NCBI GenBank assembly: GCA_947588705.1
Contig: CANPYT010000001.1
Coordinates: 65,096-129,095, forward strand
Direction of reading: 5' to 3'
Length of the DNA: 64,000 nt
DNA from: an uncultured Acetatifactor sp.
GTDB taxonomy: Bacteria > Bacillota > Clostridia > Lachnospirales > Lachnospiraceae
Position numbers and translations under genes: made by a program. Below are positions 38,259 through 47,017 of the stretch, piece after piece (position 1 is the first letter of the stretch; every line of letters starts with the position of its first letter). The notes below the pieces were generated by a model. The model searched no databases, was not told where the DNA came from, and worked only from the letters and a program-made list of their open reading frames with translations.

Positions 38259-38525
38259 TCAATCTTCTTCTATAACCTGGATCTCCAGATAATCAAAATC
38301 GATGGACTCTATAAAATTATCCTGGGTAAATCGCGTCTTATTGTGGCGCTTGAATTCTGAGATGTTTTTATCCAGCCAGATAGGGCTGGACAGGTCAAAG
38401 CGGACACAGATCTCCTCCAGTGCCCGGAAAATTTTGTGAGTGCGCGTGTCGTCACTGTCGTTTCCCACGCAGAGATCCCGGAGCATGTGATTATTCTCAA
38501 ATACTTTAGCCCAAAGTCGAAACAT
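38259..38525 (-). CDS. Small conserved hypothetical protein
   Basis: GGGAGGG SD before MFRLWAKVFENNHM. No family assigned. Confidence 0.5.
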   Translation of the reverse strand: MFRLWAKVFENNHMLRDLCVGNDSDDTRTHKIFRALEEICVRFDLSSPIWLDKNISEFKRHNKTRFTQDNFIESIDFDYLEIQVIEED

Positions 38526-38848
38526 GATCCCTCCCATCCGGCCCCTGAACGGCCCCGGCAGATTTTCAGCTCTATGGTAATCGATTTTATCCAAAAGCGC
38601 AAGCCTTAAAAATCCGTGCGGCTTTAAAGCAGGGACAATGGTTCTGGATCGGGCCGGACGGTCATATATATAAAAGGTACGGCTTTCGCTGCAATAATAA
38701 ACAAAATAAATGAAAAAAGGATTAATTTTTTGTGAATAACATACATTTATATGACCTTTTATGGTATAATAATTACGATTTAGACGAAGCCTGGCTGACA
38801 GGGGGCCGGAGCAAGGGAAAAAAGGTCCGATCTTATGAAGGAGCAGTT

Positions 38849-39502
38849 ATGGAACTAAAGGCAGATAACGGAGAAGGAATCGACAGCTGGCGGGAAGTGA
38901 CATTGGTTTACAATGCCGCGCTGAGGCAGGTGGAGACAAAGATGGCGATCCTCAATGATGAGTTTCAGCATGTGCATCAATACAATCCCATAGAACATAT
39001 CAAATCCCGTATCAAGACGCCGGAAAGCATAGTGAAGAAACTGAAAAGAAACGGATATGAGTCCACTATTGACAATATGGTAAAATACATAAACGATATT
39101 GCGGGAATAAGGATCATCTGTTCTTTTACATCCGATATATACCGGATCGCGGACATGATCGCGGAGCAGCGGGATATCAGGGTGCTGGCTGTAAAGGATT
39201 ATATCACGTTCCCCAAGGCGAGCGGTTATAAGAGTTATCATATGATCGTCACGGTGCCGGTATATCTGTCTGACCGGACGGTGGACACCAAGGTGGAGAT
39301 CCAGATCCGGACGGTCGCGATGGATTTCTGGGCCAGCCTGGAGCATAAGATCCATTATAAGTTCGAGGGCGACGCCCCGGAGCATATCCGTAACGAGCTG
39401 GTGGAGTGCGCCAAGATGGTCTCTGATCTGGACGCCAGAATGCTGCAGCTGAATAATCAGATCCTGAATATCAGCCAGATGTCGAAGAAAAATCAGGAAT
39501 AG
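38849..39502 (+). CDS. Small alarmone synthetase (RelQ/RelP-type GTP pyrophosphokinase)
   Basis: RelA/SpoT synthetase motifs DIAGIRIICSF, GYKSYHMIV and EIQIRTVAMDFWASLEH. GAAGGAG SD. An extended -10 (TGgTATAAT) lies at 38762-38770. Confidence 0.85.
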   Translation: MELKADNGEGIDSWREVTLVYNAALRQVETKMAILNDEFQHVHQYNPIEHIKSRIKTPESIVKKLKRNGYESTIDNMVKYINDIAGIRIICSFTSDIYRIADMIAEQRDIRVLAVKDYITFPKASGYKSYHMIVTVPVYLSDRTVDTKVEIQIRTVAMDFWASLEHKIHYKFEGDAPEHIRNELVECAKMVSDLDARMLQLNNQILNISQMSKKNQE

Positions 39503-40136
39503 ATCGGCTTGGCCGGGCATGGCTCCGTATGGCCCGGGATCTGTGCCGACACGCGGAAGTTCCTGCCTATGAATTAAGAAGCGGCGGCGAATGCGTCAGC
39601 ACAACAGGATAAGAGAAGATATGCGCAAAGAGCAGCGCAGAAATGAGGTAAAAAATGGAAAGAAAACGCCACAAAGCCCTTCCCGGATGGGGAAGGGCTT
39701 TGTATATTGCAATATGGCGAGGGAAGAAAAAGAAAACATGTTGTGGCTGCTTCTCAGATGAGGAGTGCCCGGGCATCTTTCGACACCCGGGCTATTATGA
39801 AAAAATTTATCTTGTCTACTGTATCACAATACACCAAGTAAGACAGATGCCACTGGCTTTTCTTTAAAACAAGTGTAACAATGAAATATGAACAAAGTAT
39901 GAACACGATGTAAAAACTTGGTTAATGTTATAAAAAAACCGGGTATTTTTATGGGAAAGTATACGATTTGCACAAAAACAAACGCCGAATGGCGTGGCCG
40001 GATTCTGTTTGTCCGCCGCGGCCGCAAGTTTCCGCTTGAGAGTTGCCGTAAAAGATGATAGAATGAGCGTAAGCAGCGACGGTTTCAGGGGGAATACCGG
40101 CGGTATTTGCCGCAGGATAAACGTGGAGGAAAACAA

Positions 40137-41006
40137 ATGGATATGTTTATGGATAAGCTGGCACAGAAGCTGACAGCGCAGGAGATCATCAAAGCCAACA
40201 CGACGGCGGAGGAGGGGGAGCTGAAACGGCTCCGCGATCAGGTCGAGGAATATGACAAATGCTTAAGCCGGCTGCAGCAGATCCTGGAGGAGGGCGCCGA
40301 AAAGCTTCAGGGAAATTCCACTGTAAATGAGGAGATCCGGAACTTGTTGGATGAGAAAGGCAAACAGCTGGACAGTATGCTGAACACGGTTTCGCTTCAG
40401 AGTACGCAGCTTCAGAATCTCTTGGCCCAGCAGATGGAAAATGCCGATAAGAATCTGGAGACCCGCCTCAAGGAAACGGACAAGGGCCTTGCGGCCCGCT
40501 TTGAGGAGACAGAGAAAGGGCTTACGGCCCGCTTTGAGGAGACAGAAAAGGGCCTCACGGCTCGTTTTGAGGAGGCGGAGAAAGGGTTTGCCGCCCGCTT
40601 GGAGGAGTCGGACAAGAAGCTGGATGAGAGGCTGGAAGGTTTGGACAGCGGCATTACGGAGCGGCTTGCCGGAATGACGCGTTCTCTGAACGAGAAGATG
40701 GATCAGCTGGATGGGAAGCTGGACGAGCCGGCTGCAGGCGGCATGGGAGAGATGCTGGATGACCGTCTCAGCGCGGTCAGCGAGAGCATACATAAGGAAT
40801 GTGTGAAAGTATACAGAAATGTGCAGGCCGTGGTGGTAGAAGAGGGCGGAAAGCAGGCGGAGACCTTGACGGGCGCAGCCTCCGGAGTGCAGAAGATCGG
40901 AAAGAAGCTCAACATTGTTTTTGGCGTTTCCCTGGCGGCACTGCTGTTCTCTTTGGCCGGTGCGGTCCTTCAGGTCCTTGGCGCGATGGGGGTCAAACTC
41001 TTTTAG
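40137..41006 (+). CDS. Tail-anchored coiled-coil protein with 11-residue tandem repeats
   Basis: GGAGGA SD. Repeats ETEKGLTARFE. C-terminal TM segment IVFGVSLAALLFSLAGAVLQVLGAMGV. Confidence 0.7.
   Translation: MDMFMDKLAQKLTAQEIIKANTTAEEGELKRLRDQVEEYDKCLSRLQQILEEGAEKLQGNSTVNEEIRNLLDEKGKQLDSMLNTVSLQSTQLQNLLAQQMENADKNLETRLKETDKGLAARFEETEKGLTARFEETEKGLTARFEEAEKGFAARLEESDKKLDERLEGLDSGITERLAGMTRSLNEKMDQLDGKLDEPAAGGMGEMLDDRLSAVSESIHKECVKVYRNVQAVVVEEGGKQAETLTGAASGVQKIGKKLNIVFGVSLAALLFSLAGAVLQVLGAMGVKLF
40459..40640 (+). repeat. 33-nt in-frame tandem repeats (about 5 units)
   Basis: GAGGAGACAGAGAAAGGGCTTACGGCCCGCTTT and close variants recur head-to-tail. Confidence 0.8.
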
Positions 41007-41016
41007 TGAGGCGGAT

Positions 41017-41610
41017 ATGGCGAAGGAAATCTGGAAACCCGGCAATATGCTCTATCCCCTGCCGGTAGTCATGGTGAGCATGGCGGACAGGAACGGAAAA
41101 TATAATATCATTACGATTGCATGGGCGGGAACGGTCTGCACCGACCCGCCCATGGTCAGTATATCGGTTCGGCCGGAGCGCTACTCTTATCCCATACTCA
41201 GGGAGACGGGAGAATTTGTGGTGAATCTGACTACCAGGGATCTGGTCTTTGCGGCGGACTATTGCGGCGTAAAGAGCGGCCGGGAAACAGACAAATTTAA
41301 GGAGCTTGGCCTGACGCCTGCGGGGGCGTCCTGTGTGGGGGCGCCCCTGATCGGTGAGAGCCCGGTGAACTTGGAGTGCAGGGTGAAACAAGTGATCCCT
41401 CTCGGCTCACATGACATGTTTCTGGCGGAGGTGGCGGCGGTTCACGCGGAAGACCGGTTTATGGACCAGCAGCGCAAGTTCCATTTGGAACAGGCGGAGC
41501 CTGTGGTTTACTCCCACGGAGCGTATCTGCTCTGCGGGGAACAGCTGGGCACTTTTGGATACAGCGTCCGGCGAAAGGCAGAGAAGAAGCACGAAAGGAA
41601 GCGCGGGTGA
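41017..41610 (+). CDS. Flavin reductase-like (FMN-binding split-barrel) protein
   Basis: LYPLPVVMVSMADRNGKYNIITIAWAGTVCTDPPMVSISVRP. Confidence 0.8.
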   Translation: MAKEIWKPGNMLYPLPVVMVSMADRNGKYNIITIAWAGTVCTDPPMVSISVRPERYSYPILRETGEFVVNLTTRDLVFAADYCGVKSGRETDKFKELGLTPAGASCVGAPLIGESPVNLECRVKQVIPLGSHDMFLAEVAAVHAEDRFMDQQRKFHLEQAEPVVYSHGAYLLCGEQLGTFGYSVRRKAEKKHERKRG

Positions 41611-43265
41611 TGAGGGGGGCCTCCGGCAGCTGGAAAGAAAAGCGGGAGGCGTTTCTCTTCTGGGCGATCCTGGCGGTTGCCGCCGCGGTCCGGTGTTATC
41701 GGTTTGTGGCGGTTCCGGGAGGCGTAAACCAGGATGAGGCCATGGCCGGGGTGGACGCCTGGGCGTTGTCCCAATATGCGACGGATCGGTTCGGCACCTT
41801 TATGCCGGTGCATTTCACGGCCTGGCGGTACGGTCAGATGAGTGTGCTGCTGTCTTACTGCATGATCCCTTTCATAAAACTGCTGGGATTTGGAACCCTG
41901 GCAGTGCGAATGCCTATGCTTCTGGTGAGCTGCGGTTCCGTCGCGGTCGTGTATCTGGTGGGGAAGCGGCTTTCCGGCCGGAACTTTGGACTGCTGGCCA
42001 TGGCGCTGACAGCTGTCAACCCCTGGCATTTTATGCAAAGCCGCTGGTCACTGGACTGCAATCTCTTTCCTCATGTGTTCCTGTTTGCGTTCTACCTGCT
42101 CCTTGTAGGTTTGGAAAAGCATTGGGCTCTGTATTGTTCTATGGTGTTTTTTGGATTGACCCTCTATTGTTACGGCATAGCGGTTTATTCTGTGGTTCCG
42201 TTCCTGCTGGCATATGGTGCGTGGTGCCTTTTAAAGGGCTGCCTGAAGCCCGGACAGCTGCTGCTCTGCGCGGCGGTGTTCACCGTGATAGCGATGCCGG
42301 AACTGCTTGTGATGGCGATCAATCTTTTTGGATGGCCTACAGTGGAAACGCCCTTTTTTACGCTGAGTTATTTCCCGGAGAGCGTGAGGAGCAGGGACAT
42401 ACTCTTTTTAAATTTTTCCGTCGGACAGATGGTGCGGAATGTGAAAGCTATGGCGGATACCTGTTTTCTCCAAAAGGACGGGGCGATCTATAACGCGCTT
42501 CCCGATTTCGGCCCCATGTACGTGATCTCCCTGCCATTCATGCTGTATGGCATAGGGAGCTTTGGAAGAAAACTGTTCCGGGTGTCCCGGGAGGATGACC
42601 CGGCAAAAAGGGCGGCGGGAACGGCTCTATGGGGATGGCTGTTGATGGGGCTCTGGGTTGGCGTTGTGACTTACCAGGTAAACGTAAACCGGATCAATAT
42701 CATTTTTTATCCTCTGATCTTTTTCTGCGGCTATGGGATCGCCGCGCTGGCAAAAAGGTTCAGGTCTTTGCGCTATGTGGTGGCGGGAGGGTATGCGGCC
42801 TGTTTCATCCTGTTTTTGGCGGCATATTTTACCACCTTTGCAGGGCAGATCCCTTTTTACTTCAATGAAAATTTCCTGCGCGTGGTGAAGACGGCGGATG
42901 GGATGGAGGGATACGACCGGCTGTATATTACGTCCAACGCGGACTGGCAGCAGGGATGGCAGATGACAGAGATCCTGACGCAGTATGCCTGCCGGATCGA
43001 CGCTGCATATTATCAGGGGAAAACGACGGTCACAGGCGGCAGGGACCTTCTTCCCTATTCGGAGCGCTATCACTTTGTGGACATGGAGGGCCTGGGCAAC
43101 TTTGATCCGTCGGGGCTTTATCTGGTCCATGTGACGGAGATGGAAAAACTGCCCTTTCCCTATGAGATCCTGGCGGCGGACGGAAACTATGTGATCCTGC
43201 GGGCCTCTTTGGAAGAGGTCTTCTCCGGCGGCTGTGCGCCTGCCTTTGCGAATGGCGCGGGCTGA
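41610..43265 (+). CDS. GT39/ArnT-like (PMT_2) membrane glycosyltransferase
   Basis: Multi-TM profile. N-terminal loop GGVNQDEAMAGVDAW is typical of the family. The last ~12 codons and the stop lie inside an intergenic-repeat copy. Confidence 0.7.
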   Translation: MRGASGSWKEKREAFLFWAILAVAAAVRCYRFVAVPGGVNQDEAMAGVDAWALSQYATDRFGTFMPVHFTAWRYGQMSVLLSYCMIPFIKLLGFGTLAVRMPMLLVSCGSVAVVYLVGKRLSGRNFGLLAMALTAVNPWHFMQSRWSLDCNLFPHVFLFAFYLLLVGLEKHWALYCSMVFFGLTLYCYGIAVYSVVPFLLAYGAWCLLKGCLKPGQLLLCAAVFTVIAMPELLVMAINLFGWPTVETPFFTLSYFPESVRSRDILFLNFSVGQMVRNVKAMADTCFLQKDGAIYNALPDFGPMYVISLPFMLYGIGSFGRKLFRVSREDDPAKRAAGTALWGWLLMGLWVGVVTYQVNVNRINIIFYPLIFFCGYGIAALAKRFRSLRYVVAGGYAACFILFLAAYFTTFAGQIPFYFNENFLRVVKTADGMEGYDRLYITSNADWQQGWQMTEILTQYACRIDAAYYQGKTTVTGGRDLLPYSERYHFVDMEGLGNFDPSGLYLVHVTEMEKLPFPYEILAADGNYVILRASLEEVFSGGCAPAFANGAG

Positions 43266-43272
43266 ACTGTTG
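43226..43272 (+). repeat. Intergenic palindromic repeat family, short copy D
   Basis: GGCGGCTGTGCGCCTGCCTTTGCGAATGGCGCGGGCTGAACTGTTGC. Overlaps the 3' end of the GT39 CDS. Confidence 0.8.
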
Positions 43273-43495
43273 CATGGATATAGTAACCGTTCAGCCGGTT
43301 GACGTGTTCAGAGGAAAATCATGCTCGCACGAATTTTACTCTGGATACGACAGAGATCTGACTGTTACTGTATATGGGGGAATAATCCAGGTAATGCTTT
43401 ACAAGCGCAGAAATTGCTGTTAGAATAAATTTGGCATAAATATTACAAAATTGTTAAATGATACCCGTTCGTATAAATCAAGTATTGGAAAAACT

Positions 43496-45070
43496 ATGAA
43501 AAAGAAAAAAAGGAATCATAAAAAGTACAAGTTTACATATATTATGACCACAGTGTTTACCCTTTTTTTCTGTACGCTGTTTTTGAAGGGATATACTCCG
43601 TTTGAAGAGACCGGGGATAACCTCTTTCACGTACAGGTAAACGGCCAGGCGGTGGGAACGCTGGGAGATCCGGAAGAGGCGGAGGAATTGCTGATCCAGG
43701 CGCGCAGGGATGTGGTTTCCTCCAGCCAGGAGCTTGTGTTCATGGAAGCGGAGCTGGAAGTGGAAGGTGAGGAGGTGCTCTGGGGCCGGGTGGATGAGAA
43801 GGAAACCGTGCTCGCGAATATGGAGGACGTTCTGCGGGGATGTATCCAGGAGACGATGCACCATTCCTACACCATGAAAGTGAACGAATATATTGTGAAT
43901 CTTGCCAGCGCGGAGGAGGTAAAGCAGCTCCTTCAGGCGGCGGTGGACAAGTATGACAGGGAGGGCAAGTTCCGGGTGGAACTGGTATATGATAACAGCA
44001 GGGAATTTAGTGTGCTGACGGCTGATGTGACGGATGCGGACCCGACGGCGGAAGAGGGAGAGAGCGCTGTTGTGGAAGGCGGGATCCAGAGCTTTTTTGA
44101 CCAGATCGGCACCAGGGAGATGCCGCAGGAGGAAAAGGATTTTGACGATTATGACCAGGGGATCCTGGAAATGGATTTCGCGGAGAAGGTGGAGATCGTG
44201 GAGTCTTATCTGCCCCTCAGCCAGCTGACGCTTCTGGACGAGGCCATCGAGCAGGTGACAAAAGATCAGGAAGTTCCCGGGGAGTACGAGGTGGTTGCCG
44301 GGGATACGCTGTCTGAGATCGCCATAAAGGTGGGGATCCCCATGGAAGAGATCGTGGAGATGAACGATAGCCTGGAGAGCATTTCCTCCACGCTGCAGAT
44401 TGGCCAGAAGCTTGTGATCGTGGAGCCTGAGCCGGAGATCTCCGTGACCAGGACGGAAGAGCGTTATTATGAGGAGAGTTACGACGCGGAAGTGATCTAT
44501 ATCGACAACGACGACTGGTTTACCACCCATACGGAGGTGCACCAGATGCCGTCTGCAGGATTCCGCAAGGTTATTGTAGATGTGTCCTATGTAAACGACA
44601 AAGAAGTCTCCAGGGAGATCCTGAAAGAGGAGATCGTGATGGAGGCGGTTGCCAAGATCGTGGAGCGGGGAACCAAGATCCCGCCCGATTATATCAAGCC
44701 TATTTCCGGCGGGCGGAAAACTTCCGGGTTTGGCCTCCGGAAGGCGCCTACAAAGGGAGCGAGCACCAACCACAAGGGGCAGGACTGGGCTATACCTGTG
44801 GGAACTCCTGTGTATGCTTCCTGCGGCGGTACGGTGGCGAAGGCCGGCTGGGGAAGCGGCTACGGATATGTGGTCTATATCAACCATATAGACGGCAGGC
44901 AGACCCGGTATGCCCACCTGAGCAAGATCCTGGTGAAGGCAGGCCAGACCGTAAAGCAGGGAGAGCGGATCGCGCTCAGCGGCAACACCGGAGTGACGAC
45001 CGGGCCTCATCTGCATTTTGAAATGCTTATCAATGGCAAGCAGGTAGATCCTTTGAAATATTTAAAATAG
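43496..45070 (+). CDS. M23 metallopeptidase with LysM and G5-like domains
   Basis: LysM: VVAGDTLSEIAIKVGIPMEEIVEMN. M23: HKGQDWAIPVGTPVYA...GPHLHFEM. Confidence 0.85.
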   Translation: MKKKKRNHKKYKFTYIMTTVFTLFFCTLFLKGYTPFEETGDNLFHVQVNGQAVGTLGDPEEAEELLIQARRDVVSSSQELVFMEAELEVEGEEVLWGRVDEKETVLANMEDVLRGCIQETMHHSYTMKVNEYIVNLASAEEVKQLLQAAVDKYDREGKFRVELVYDNSREFSVLTADVTDADPTAEEGESAVVEGGIQSFFDQIGTREMPQEEKDFDDYDQGILEMDFAEKVEIVESYLPLSQLTLLDEAIEQVTKDQEVPGEYEVVAGDTLSEIAIKVGIPMEEIVEMNDSLESISSTLQIGQKLVIVEPEPEISVTRTEERYYEESYDAEVIYIDNDDWFTTHTEVHQMPSAGFRKVIVDVSYVNDKEVSREILKEEIVMEAVAKIVERGTKIPPDYIKPISGGRKTSGFGLRKAPTKGASTNHKGQDWAIPVGTPVYASCGGTVAKAGWGSGYGYVVYINHIDGRQTRYAHLSKILVKAGQTVKQGERIALSGNTGVTTGPHLHFEMLINGKQVDPLKYLK

Positions 45071-45075
45071 CTGTT

Positions 45076-45246
45076 GGCTGAGCAGCGTTCGGCCCGCGCC
45101 ATTCCCGAAGCCGCGCTGCCGAGCTCTCCGGCGCTGTGCGCCTGCCTTTGCTCATTAAATGGGTAGCAATTCAGCCCGCGCCATTCCCGAAGCCGCGCTT
45201 ACGCGCTTTTCGTTGCTCATAAAATGGCGCTCCCTCGGTTGCGGCC
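45076..45246 (-). repeat. Intergenic palindromic repeat family, tandem dimer E1/E2
   Basis: Two head-to-tail copies, each containing (T/G)CAGCCCGCGCCATTCCCGAAGCCGCGCT...TTGCTCAT(T/A)AAATGG. Confidence 0.85.
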
Positions 45247-45365
45247 TGGCGATTGCGGTATTTACAAATAGGGAAAAATATGGTAGTATTTCTGTGATCT
45301 TTCATAAAAGGGACGGAAAAGTAAATTTTTTAAATAAAACTGACCTTAAACAGAGGTATCGATAG

Positions 45366-46658
45366 ATGGAACAATACGCAATCAAAGGCGGGAATCCCCT
45401 GGTGGGAGACGTTGAGATCGGGGGTGCGAAAAATGCGGCACTTCCTATTCTTGCTGCTTCCACAATGACGGATGAGACCGTATATATAGAAAATATGCCC
45501 GATGTGCGGGATACAAATGTGCTGCTGGACGCCATGCAGAGTATTGGCGTTATGGTGAAAAGGACGGATCGCCACAGCGTGGTGCTGAATTCCGGCAACG
45601 TCAGCAATCTGGTCGTGGACACAGATGGGATCAAAAAGATCAGGGCCTCCTATTATCTGTTGGGGGCGCTTCTGGGAAAATACAAATGTGCGGAGGTGGC
45701 GCTGCCGGGAGGCTGCGACATTGGAAGCCGCGCCATAGATCAGCACATCAAGGGTTTCCGTGCCCTGGGCGCGGAGGTGGTCATAGAGCATGGGCTGATC
45801 AAAGCCAGGGCGGAGCGCCTGAAGGGCAGCCATATATATATGGATGTGTCCAGCGTTGGGGCTACGATCAATGTAATGATGGCGGCCGCTATGGCGGAGG
45901 GGATGACCATCATCGAAAACTCGGCTAAGGAGCCCCATGTGGTGGATCTGGCCAATTTCCTGAACAGCATGGGCGCCAACATCAAGGGCGCCGGAACGGA
46001 TGTGATCCGCATCAAGGGGGTCACGAAGCTGCACGGTTCCGAGTACACGATCATTCCGGATCAGATCGAGGCGGGAACTTTTATGTTTGCCGCGGCTGTG
46101 ACAAAGGGCGACGTGACGGTGAAAAATGTGATCCCGAAGCACCTGGAGTCCATAACGGCAAAGCTTCTGGAGATCGGCTGCGAGGTGGAGGAGGCGGATG
46201 ACTGTATTCGCGTGGTAGCCTCAAAACCCTTGGACCACACCCAGGTAAAGACGCTGCCTTACCCGGGATTTCCTACGGATATGCAGCCGCAGATCACAGT
46301 GGCCCTGGCTCTTTCTAAGGGCACCAGCATTGTGACGGAGAGTATCTTTGAAAATCGTTTTAAATATGTAGATGAACTGACCAGGATGGGCGCCAATATA
46401 AAGGTGGAGGGAAATACCGCCATCATCGATGGCGTCAGCCGGTATACCGGGGCAAGCATTTCGGCGCCGGATCTGCGGGCGGGCGCCGCGCTGGTGATCG
46501 CCGCGCTGGCTGCGGTGGGTTATTCCACAGTGGACGATATCAAGTATATCGAGCGGGGATATGAGGATTTCCACCTGAAGCTCCAGGGGCTGGGCGCACA
46601 GATCGAGTTGGTCCAGACAGAGAAGGATTTCCAGAAATTCAAGCTCCAGGTGGGGTGA
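45366..46658 (+). CDS. murA: UDP-N-acetylglucosamine 1-carboxyvinyltransferase
   Basis: GGAKNAALPILAAS, catalytic LPGGCDIGSRAID and YPGFPTDMQ. Confidence 0.92.
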   Translation: MEQYAIKGGNPLVGDVEIGGAKNAALPILAASTMTDETVYIENMPDVRDTNVLLDAMQSIGVMVKRTDRHSVVLNSGNVSNLVVDTDGIKKIRASYYLLGALLGKYKCAEVALPGGCDIGSRAIDQHIKGFRALGAEVVIEHGLIKARAERLKGSHIYMDVSSVGATINVMMAAAMAEGMTIIENSAKEPHVVDLANFLNSMGANIKGAGTDVIRIKGVTKLHGSEYTIIPDQIEAGTFMFAAAVTKGDVTVKNVIPKHLESITAKLLEIGCEVEEADDCIRVVASKPLDHTQVKTLPYPGFPTDMQPQITVALALSKGTSIVTESIFENRFKYVDELTRMGANIKVEGNTAIIDGVSRYTGASISAPDLRAGAALVIAALAAVGYSTVDDIKYIERGYEDFHLKLQGLGAQIELVQTEKDFQKFKLQVG

Positions 46659-46705
46659 ACTGTTACCGATATTTGTGCTATTTTGTGCTATTTTTTAATT
46701 TCCTG

Positions 46706-46734
46706 TTGACAGAATAGCTGCTTCATTGTATGGT
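46706..46734 (+). promoter_or_regulatory. Sigma-A promoter of the metK leader
   Basis: TTGACA, 17 nt, TATGGT. Confidence 0.55.
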
Positions 46735-46763
46735 AGAAGAGCAACAAAAAGTGAATATGATTT

Positions 46764-46864
46764 CTCTTATTCAGAGCTGGCGGAGATACATAGGATCGAT
46801 GAAGCCACGGCAACCCCTGTTGAGGAAGGTGCCCACCTGAGCGAGTAAAATCGAGCAATAAGAG
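46764..46864 (+). promoter_or_regulatory. SAM-I (S-box) riboswitch aptamer
   Basis: P1 stem CTCTTAT / ATAAGAG. Conserved blocks TTCAGAGCTGGCGGAGATAC, GATGAAGCCACGGCAACC and AAGGTGCCCACCTGAGCG. Lies directly upstream of metK. Confidence 0.85.
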
Positions 46865-46888
46865 GATTGAAGATCGAAAGATTCAGGT

Positions 46889-46917
46889 CCGCTTATCGCA
46901 AGCGGGCTTTTCTTTTT
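46889..46917 (+). terminator. Riboswitch expression-platform terminator
   Basis: CCGCTT atcgc AAGCGG followed by GCTTTTCTTTTT. Confidence 0.7.
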
Positions 46918-47017
46918 GTCCGGGCATGTCTGACCGCGAGACATGCGGAGCCACAGAAATTGCGATGGGGAATCATTTCACGATGGAGATTTTCAAAGCA
47001 TAAGGAGGAAAAACATC

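Noticed and set aside
40459-40640. CRISPR-like or other non-coding array
   Set aside because: The repeats are contiguous with no spacers, in frame and inside a well-supported CDS. No CRISPR array exists anywhere in the window.
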